A stretch of 62,424 nucleotides of DNA, filler included, from Stramenopiles sp. TOSAG23-3 (taxonomy: Eukaryota), in NCBI GenBank assembly GCA_900128585.1. It is 7 parts of 7 records of this genome, joined end to end, with 100 filler letters (N's around TTAATTAATTAA, not from the genome) between each part and the next. Parts side by side here need not be neighbours in the genome. Positions count along the whole stretch, not along the records: positions 50,731 to 60,753 come from LT642855.1; positions 60,854 to 62,424 come from LT645673.1; 5 more parts are not named here. One strand, 5' to 3'. The notes under the pieces are model-generated. The model was given only the letters and a program-made list of their open reading frames with translations. It was not told the origin of the DNA and ran no database searches. Below are positions 56,198-62,424 of this stretch, piece after piece; within the stretch, counting starts at the first letter, position 1, and every line of letters starts with the position of its first letter. The translations under genes and the position numbers were made by a program.

Positions 56198-56811
56198 TAC
56201 TGGTGTTGTAAAGTTTAATCGTTTGCTAGGTTTTAATTGGTTGCTTGTTTGTTTAATTTGTTTTGGTTTAAATTAAGTTCTTCGATCTTATTATATTAAA
56301 TACTTTTTCCTGTACAAGTATATTTCTATACCGCCGTGCGTGTTTGCTACTCTTCTCTTTGTGTTACCCTTTGCAACAACAACAACAAAATGGAGGAAGA
56401 AGAAAAATAATCAATCAAGGCGTTCTCTTTGCTGTATGAGGTATTAATATTTCAATATTATAATTTCTTCTTCACGCACAAAAAAAAAAAGAAGGACGAT
56501 GATGACAATATATAACAACAGCATTGAATGATTTCACTTTTAAAAGGTACGTGTCGTTATTAGAATTAAATAGAAAGAATTTTCTAGGAACGTGAAAACA
56601 ACAACGACAACAGCTATTATAATTAAAAATAACTAATATGCAAATAATCTGAATAAAAAAAAGGAAGAAAAATCGTCTTTATTATTGGTTATTATTAGTT
56701 CCCTCTTCTTCCTTATCATCGTACCCGTACGGTTTTAAACCTGGAAGTAGAACCGTATACCGTACTAACAATTAAGGGGTAAGGGTTCTTTTTATTATTT
56801 TTCTCGTTCGT

Positions 56812-58323
56812 TTACAGAACGGACGGGCGCGGGGTGAGCAACGCTTTCCCATAATATTTGCCGTAGTAATCGCTGTAATAGTCCGTGTAATATGCGGAGT
56901 AGTACACCCCATAATACCCACTGGTCGGAGAGTAGTGGCAGTAATTACAAAATTTTTTTGATGTTTTGCATTGGGAACAGTAGTAGGACTGGTCGTCTGT
57001 GTGAGTGAGGGAGCGAGCAAGGGTTGGGACGACGGCGTGTGTGACCGACCGTGTCAACGTGCTCATGAGCCGAGGGAGCAACGCTTGGTGCAGCATTACG
57101 GGGAGCGCATCGTTCAACCGCGACGAGATTGTTGTCTTCAGAACTTCCGATATCATCGAAGACGCTTTTTCTTCCACCTCACGAAATGCAACCGCTCTGG
57201 TTTGAAACCCGACGTGTACCATGATCTCGTTCGCGAGTCGCGGTGAAACCGCTGCGGTGACCGAGTCCGTTATCAAGTTCGTCAAATTGTAGCACAACGC
57301 TGCATCGAGCATTTCTGCAACCTGAAGGGGGACTTCAGCATTTGTATTGGTCTCCGTTTTTCCTTTCAAGTCGTCTTTCGTGTTCTTTCCCGTTCGAACA
57401 ATGTTTTGCTTCAGAAATTGTGGCACCATCTTGTCCAGCGCCCCTTCCACGACGACTTTTACCACTCCCCCCATGACCCGCGACATGACCCCGGCTGTGC
57501 TCTCGCTCTCTATTTCAGACAGTGCCGACGCTACGGCGGTCTTGTGCGCGCATGGCTTTGGCTTTTTGTGGTGGTGGTGGTGGGTGCCGTTAGCCTCGCT
57601 GCTGTTCGTGGCCTCCGCCTCCTCGTCTATAAATGCGTCCAGCCTGTCGAACGAGTAATGAAACGTAGCTCGGCTGCCCATCCCTATCGTTGCGTTCTGG
57701 GGACTTGTGCCATAATAGTTCCCCAAAAAAGCGCCTTTCTTCCGGTCGTTGTTCAGCGTAAGCACACACTTGTCCCGGAGTGCCTGTTCAGAGACAATTT
57801 CCGGGTGGGAAAACCAAAAGAACAGGGCGTTCGAAGAGTCGAACCGTTCCGTAGGGTCAATAAACTTTAAATACCTGAGGACGCCCTGCAACTCTTCGCC
57901 GGATCCCCTATGTCCTTTGACGGGCTGCAGCAGGTTGAAAAAATGCACTCCGGGCAACCTGCTTGAAGATGTGCCCAAAGGAACCGTTTCCGTGTGCTGT
58001 GGGGTGGTGCACGTTATGCCGAACAAACCGTTCAAATGTTTCCTTGGTGAGTTCGAAAACAGCGTTACTTCCTCGGTTTGGTTCAGGCTGCCGTTTCGTC
58101 TATTCCTAAAGTGAAAGAAGAGCGGTTGGTCGTATGAAATCTCTATCGTAAACCCGCTCAAATGCGTCACTTCGCTTTTCTCTATAAAGTTCAACTGCCG
58201 TTCTACAATAGACCCCTCGATTATTTCTGGCCCAGAACCACACACCAGATCCCAACCCCCAAAGAAAAGGACAACCCATAGGATGCCCTGAAACTGTACC
58301 AAGGTATTCCGTCGTTCTCCCAT
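56812..58323 (-). CDS. Secreted protein with a His tract and a Cys/Tyr-rich C-terminus
   Basis: Hydrophobic N-terminal signal-like segment, HHHHH, and C-terminal YYCSQC...FCNYCHYSP...YYGVYYSAYYTDYYSDYYGKYY. Confidence 0.75.
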   Translation of the reverse strand: MGERRNTLVQFQGILWVVLFFGGWDLVCGSGPEIIEGSIVERQLNFIEKSEVTHLSGFTIEISYDQPLFFHFRNRRNGSLNQTEEVTLFSNSPRKHLNGLFGITCTTPQHTETVPLGTSSSRLPGVHFFNLLQPVKGHRGSGEELQGVLRYLKFIDPTERFDSSNALFFWFSHPEIVSEQALRDKCVLTLNNDRKKGAFLGNYYGTSPQNATIGMGSRATFHYSFDRLDAFIDEEAEATNSSEANGTHHHHHKKPKPCAHKTAVASALSEIESESTAGVMSRVMGGVVKVVVEGALDKMVPQFLKQNIVRTGKNTKDDLKGKTETNTNAEVPLQVAEMLDAALCYNLTNLITDSVTAAVSPRLANEIMVHVGFQTRAVAFREVEEKASSMISEVLKTTISSRLNDALPVMLHQALLPRLMSTLTRSVTHAVVPTLARSLTHTDDQSYYCSQCKTSKKFCNYCHYSPTSGYYGVYYSAYYTDYYSDYYGKYYGKALLTPRPSVL

Positions 58324-59008
58324 GGGGTATCAACTTTGACTTAAGTTCTCACGTTTTCGTTTCTCTGATCCAATCCAATGTAAAAACGAAGAAAAGGGAA
58401 TTAAAAAAAGGATAATGGGTCCAAATATTAATTCTTTGATCATCTATAAATCGATCGTTCGTTATTTTAAACTTCTAGAATATTATACATCCCCCCCCGT
58501 GCTTAGCGTAGCAGAGTATATTGTTATTATATTTTCGTTACTAGAAATACAGAGGAAAGAACCTTCTTGGATCTCTTCTTAGTCTTACAGTGGTGTCCTC
58601 GTATTAATATTAAAATAATGGTGTGGCTTCTTCTGGCTTCCTCCTCCTTTTATTTTTTTTATTAAAAAATTTTAAAAAAAAAACAAATTTCAACCTTCTT
58701 TTTTTCATTAAAGAACAATTATATACTTGTATTATTTAATACATATACTAATTCATATAATCCTATACAAATATAAACCCGTGAGAAGAAATTATGTGGT
58801 TGGTGGTGTGGTTGTTATTAATAGGTTGAAGGGGTTCACCTTCTTTCATTCTAATTTATATAATTAAGTTAACTCAAGGAATGAGACCTAGAAAAATAGG
58901 TTAATAATAGGAATGGCACAAAATAGGATATTGTAGGGTGGTTGATTAGAAGCTTTTGTTTGTTTGTTTGTTTGTTTGTGTTGCGCCTTCCCCTTGTCTG
59001 TGTCTATT

Positions 59009-59911
59009 ATGGCTAGTCTTGCAGAGGAAACGGACGCTCCAGAGGAAGTGTCCAACATTGTGGATACCGCGAGCGTGAATGCTGTGACGACGTTTCGGCA
59101 TAAATTAATGGACATATTGGTCGATTCTTCAGAGGAAGAGAAGGCTATCCAAGAAATGAGGGAGAACGCTGAGTTTGCGGACCTTCCCCAAGAGACGATC
59201 GTTCGTTTTTTGCGCGCCCGAGACCTTTCTGTGAAGGACGCAACCGCCATGTTGAACTACCACTTGGAGTTCAGAAAGCAGTGGATGAAAGACGAAATTA
59301 CAGTAGACGAAATAATGCCTGCGCTGCAATCGGGCTGCTGGTGTGTCGGTGGTCTGGACAAAGACGGCTCGCCCATTTTACTCGTAGACACCCGCCTGTG
59401 GAATCCGGCGGACTATTCCGTGGAAATATACGTCAAATACCTGTGCTTCTTTTACGAACGGTGTTTTTCTCACAGGGAGTTTTACGGGATACCAGAGAAC
59501 GTTCACCAAGTCGTCGTTGTCTTTGACATGCAGGGGTGGTCGTACTCGGATGCGTACTACTTGAAGTACATTCACCAACTTGTCAACATAAATCAAAACC
59601 AATATCCTGAGAGGCTGAAACGTGGTTTTTTGATCAACTGCCCTTGGATCTTCAAAGCGGCATGGGCGATCATCAAGCCTTGGATTGACAAGAAAACGGT
59701 CTCAAAGCTTGAGTTTACAACTGACAATAATCTGACGGAGAAACTGACGGAATACATCCCGATTGACATCCTGAGCGAAGAGTATGGGGGAAGGAAGAAA
59801 GTGAAGGATTTTCTCAAGCCAAACCTGGCTGGGGTACCAAACTATGTACAGAGGTCCAGCAGGATTGGGAACATGGACACAGTCGCTGAGGGGGAAGAGG
59901 CCAAACCATAA
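59009..59911 (+). CDS. CRAL-TRIO/Sec14-like lipid-binding protein
   Basis: IVRFLRARDLSV, GLDKDGSPI, VVVFDMQGW, QNQYPERL...INCPWIFKAAWAIIKPWIDKKT, EEYGG. Confidence 0.94.
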   Translation: MASLAEETDAPEEVSNIVDTASVNAVTTFRHKLMDILVDSSEEEKAIQEMRENAEFADLPQETIVRFLRARDLSVKDATAMLNYHLEFRKQWMKDEITVDEIMPALQSGCWCVGGLDKDGSPILLVDTRLWNPADYSVEIYVKYLCFFYERCFSHREFYGIPENVHQVVVVFDMQGWSYSDAYYLKYIHQLVNINQNQYPERLKRGFLINCPWIFKAAWAIIKPWIDKKTVSKLEFTTDNNLTEKLTEYIPIDILSEEYGGRKKVKDFLKPNLAGVPNYVQRSSRIGNMDTVAEGEEAKP

Positions 59912-59939
59912 CCTTATGCTTTTTTATAAACATTTTAAA

Positions 59940-60108
59940 AATAAAAAATTGGCTCTTATTTAAGCTGATTGACAATCAACGACGAAATGAAATTAAAAAA
60001 TCAAGCTAAAAAAACATCAAGATAGGATTAGGGTTGGAACCGAAATAGTAATAATTGATTTGATTAGCTTCCTCAAACCCTAATCCCCTAACTTGATTCT
60101 GAAATTTT
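59940..60108 (+). repeat. Dispersed 3'-intergenic repeat family, split and degenerate copy
   Basis: AAAAATTGGCTCTTATTTAAG (~59944), and TTAGCTTCCTCAAACCCTAATCCCCTAACTTGATTCTGAAATTT (~60064), which matches 40401-40443. Confidence 0.7.
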
Positions 60109-60226
60109 GTTGTTGGTTGTCAATCACCGAGGGGATGATATAATTTCCAATGAACGAAAAAACATTTTAAAGTTGTATATAGTATGGAGTCTTAAAACAT
60201 ACTATAATTTGTTTTTTTTAAGCCCC

Positions 60227-60751
60227 TCAAAGGCTGCCCCTCTGTTCCTCCCTTTCTGCACTCTTCCTTGCGGCCTGCATCGACTTGAGCATCGCTGGCG
60301 TCAGGACGGACCCGCCAATGCCGCTATCTTTCAGGTACTTTTGCACCCCTTCCACCCCTTCGTCCGCCATAATTTTCTGGATCTTTTCCTGGTCGATACC
60401 CTGTCTCCGATTTTTCTTTCCCTGCTTCCACCACCGTTTGCCACCTCCCCCTTTGCCACGAACGCACCGAAAGCCCGTATTAATTCCACCCGAGTCTGCG
60501 GTATTCCCCATCCGCGTTTGAATGGTGGCTTTGTGGTTGAACGAGCCGTCCACGCTATCAACGAAGGAACCTCCCTTAAGGACAAATCGCTCCCCCTGTT
60601 CTTCTGGTCGCTGTTGCGGTTCAAAGTGGCTGCTGGTCCACTCCCAAACATTGCCTACCATGTTGTACAGCGACATTTTTCCTCGGCGCCCAGAAGGGCC
60701 GTAAGCCCGTGCAGGCGCCACCCCGACGAAACCGTCCATTCCAGAATTCTC
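60227..60751 (-). CDS. Formylglycine-generating-enzyme family, SUMF2/pFGE-like (5'-truncated at contig end)
   Basis: DGFVGVAP, LYNMVGNVWEWTS, VLKGGSFVDSVDGSFNHKA..TRMGNTADSG..NTGFRC. Lacks the SUMF1 catalytic Cys motif. Confidence 0.85.
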   Translation of the reverse strand, partial: ENSGMDGFVGVAPARAYGPSGRRGKMSLYNMVGNVWEWTSSHFEPQQRPEEQGERFVLKGGSFVDSVDGSFNHKATIQTRMGNTADSGGINTGFRCVRGKGGGGKRWWKQGKKNRRQGIDQEKIQKIMADEGVEGVQKYLKDSGIGGSVLTPAMLKSMQAARKSAEREEQRGSL

Positions 60752-60753
60752 GT

Positions 60754-60853
60754 NNNNNNNNNNNNNNNNNNNNNNNNNNNNNNNNNNNNNNNNNNNNTTA
60801 ATTAATTAANNNNNNNNNNNNNNNNNNNNNNNNNNNNNNNNNNNNNNNNNNNN
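60754..60853. other. Artificial contig-joining linker
   Basis: 44 N + TTAATTAATTAA + 44 N. Confidence 0.97.
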
Positions 60854-61026
60854 TGAAGAGGCTAGAAATGCACCAGGGAATATTGTTCGTGAAGATTATC
60901 AACCGTGATCTCTGGCATTGACGGACGGTGTGATATAGTTTTTTACCTTATAAGATTAAATAATTAAAAATACTTATAAGATTAAATAATTTAAAATACT
61001 AACAATATTTTACAGCAGTCCGTACA

Positions 61027-62424
61027 TTATTTGGCATTTTCCCCCCAAAGACGGGTGTTGCCAATAAGACTGTCTAATAATGAGGTGTCATTTCCAACGA
61101 TTGATTTGAAATCAAAGCGATTCAACGACAATAGTTCGGAAAAGTCTAGCGCAATAATGGATCTTCTGTAATCGCTTTGCAAGCCTAGCAAAACCTCTTC
61201 TCCAAAATAACTGCCTTCCTTATACAGCGAGGCGATTCCCAAAACATCACTTTCTGCCTTTTCTTCCTCTGTTTCTGTGTACGTTTCAACCCCAAGCGTG
61301 CCGCTATCAACAATGTACATCGCAACGCCTGTTTGGCCTCGTCTAACGATGTAATCTCCGGCGTGCATAGAACACGCGCGGAGGACGTGGACCAATTTGA
61401 ATATATGCTGCGAGTCAAATGCCTTAAAAAAGCTAATACTTCGAAGCAGCCTTCCACACTTCGTGTTGCACATAAACATCTGTACCTCTTGTTTCAGCGC
61501 GGGAGAAAGGCCTGACAAAATATGTTCTTTTCCGCGAAGATTAGAATGTCTGAAGTTCAATTTCAACGCAGATTGAACCTTGCCATATAACCCCCGAGGA
61601 AACTTTTGATATTTCATGTACTGCGACAATTCGTCCAGCTTTCTGTGGTATTCAAGTTTGGAAATTTCGAGCAAATCTAGACACTTGCTAATTGTAGCGA
61701 TGACGTAGCTATAGTATCCCGATCCGACAACCATCAAGTAAATTACTATCAGCCGTTCTTCCGTTGATGCAGGTGTGATGTCGCCATACCCAACCGTAGT
61801 GATAGTACCGACGCAAAAATATAACGCGGCCACGTACTGCTCCATTACGTTTGAATCAATAAGCCCTGCGCTCATGTACCAGGTATGTTCCATCGGGGCG
61901 TCATTGATCTGCGCTGCAAACCCAAACAGGCACGCATTGAAATGGGCGATGAGAATTGTCAACAGGGCGATTTTCCAAATTTTTCTTTGCATACGGCCAC
62001 AAGTGAAAAAGTCAGCGAAGCGCGATAAAAACTGCGACGCTTTGACGATTCTTATTAGTTTTAGCATTTTTAGAGCTCGCATGACTTTCACAAATTTCCC
62101 TGCTTGGCCAACTTTTGCCATTTTAGTTGTCTTCGTGGCCTGGACGCCCGCGTTTCCAGCTCCCATTATCCAAGAAAATGGGATAGAACTGAGTGTATCG
62201 ATTGTGAACCAGTGGTGAAGGTAATGTTTGCAAATGGCCTTGTGATCGAAAATTTCAATTTCATTGTCATCTATATACGTCGTAAAGAAATTTAAGATAA
62301 TATCAAATATGAACATGAAATCAACGCCGTTGTCTATAATAATCCATTCGAACGGGTTGGCAGATTCAATGTCGAATCCCAACCGCAAAGGCGAGACAAT
62401 TGCGATAAAGCCAACAAGGATTAG
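61027..62424 (-). CDS. Cyclic-nucleotide-binding-domain voltage-gated K+ channel (KCNH/HCN/CNG-like), 5'-partial
   Basis: DIILNFFTTY, WFTIDTLSSIPF, basic S4 helix, pore TITTVGYGDITP, C-linker, CNBD (GDYIVRRGQ...MYIV...YFGE). Confidence 0.93.
   Translation of the reverse strand, partial: LILVGFIAIVSPLRLGFDIESANPFEWIIIDNGVDFMFIFDIILNFFTTYIDDNEIEIFDHKAICKHYLHHWFTIDTLSSIPFSWIMGAGNAGVQATKTTKMAKVGQAGKFVKVMRALKMLKLIRIVKASQFLSRFADFFTCGRMQRKIWKIALLTILIAHFNACLFGFAAQINDAPMEHTWYMSAGLIDSNVMEQYVAALYFCVGTITTVGYGDITPASTEERLIVIYLMVVGSGYYSYVIATISKCLDLLEISKLEYHRKLDELSQYMKYQKFPRGLYGKVQSALKLNFRHSNLRGKEHILSGLSPALKQEVQMFMCNTKCGRLLRSISFFKAFDSQHIFKLVHVLRACSMHAGDYIVRRGQTGVAMYIVDSGTLGVETYTETEEEKAESDVLGIASLYKEGSYFGEEVLLGLQSDYRRSIIALDFSELLSLNRFDFKSIVGNDTSLLDSLIGNTRLWGENAK

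Noticed and set aside
60945-61002. Tandem duplication CTTATAAGATTAAATAAT..AAAATACT after the channel gene
   Set aside because: Short AT-rich local duplication with no further copies seen; probably slippage.

Overview
Eukaryotic, gene-dense, intron-poor DNA: GC-richer coding regions separated by very AT-rich, low-complexity spacers. The gene set (LIS1, EDC4, PRP31, VPS8, CHMP5, UTP11, POL5/MYBBP1A, RPL35) fits a unicellular protist; a stramenopile-like heterotroph is a guess only. The window is not one locus. It is seven ~10-kb contigs in decreasing length order, joined by an artificial 100-nt linker (44 N + TTAATTAATTAA + 44 N), so neighbourhoods across linkers mean nothing. It contains about 28 protein genes, one tRNA-Arg(UCU) and several microsatellite tracts. 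The most interesting item is a single-ORF fusion of a bacterial-type Rid (YjgF/RidA superfamily) imine deaminase to a DgaE/SelA-like PLP-dependent ammonia-lyase domain, ending in a peroxisomal PTS1 (-AKL). The same contig carries a class II aldolase with a textbook PTS2, suggesting an undescribed peroxisomal deamination/aldol pathway. Also notable: (1) a modular dispersed repeat found only downstream of stop codons, mostly between convergent genes; (2) a GTAC-rich motif family in upstream regions; (3) a long rod-like hairpin downstream of RPL35; (4) four genes with frame breaks that look like short internal deletions, probably assembly artefacts.
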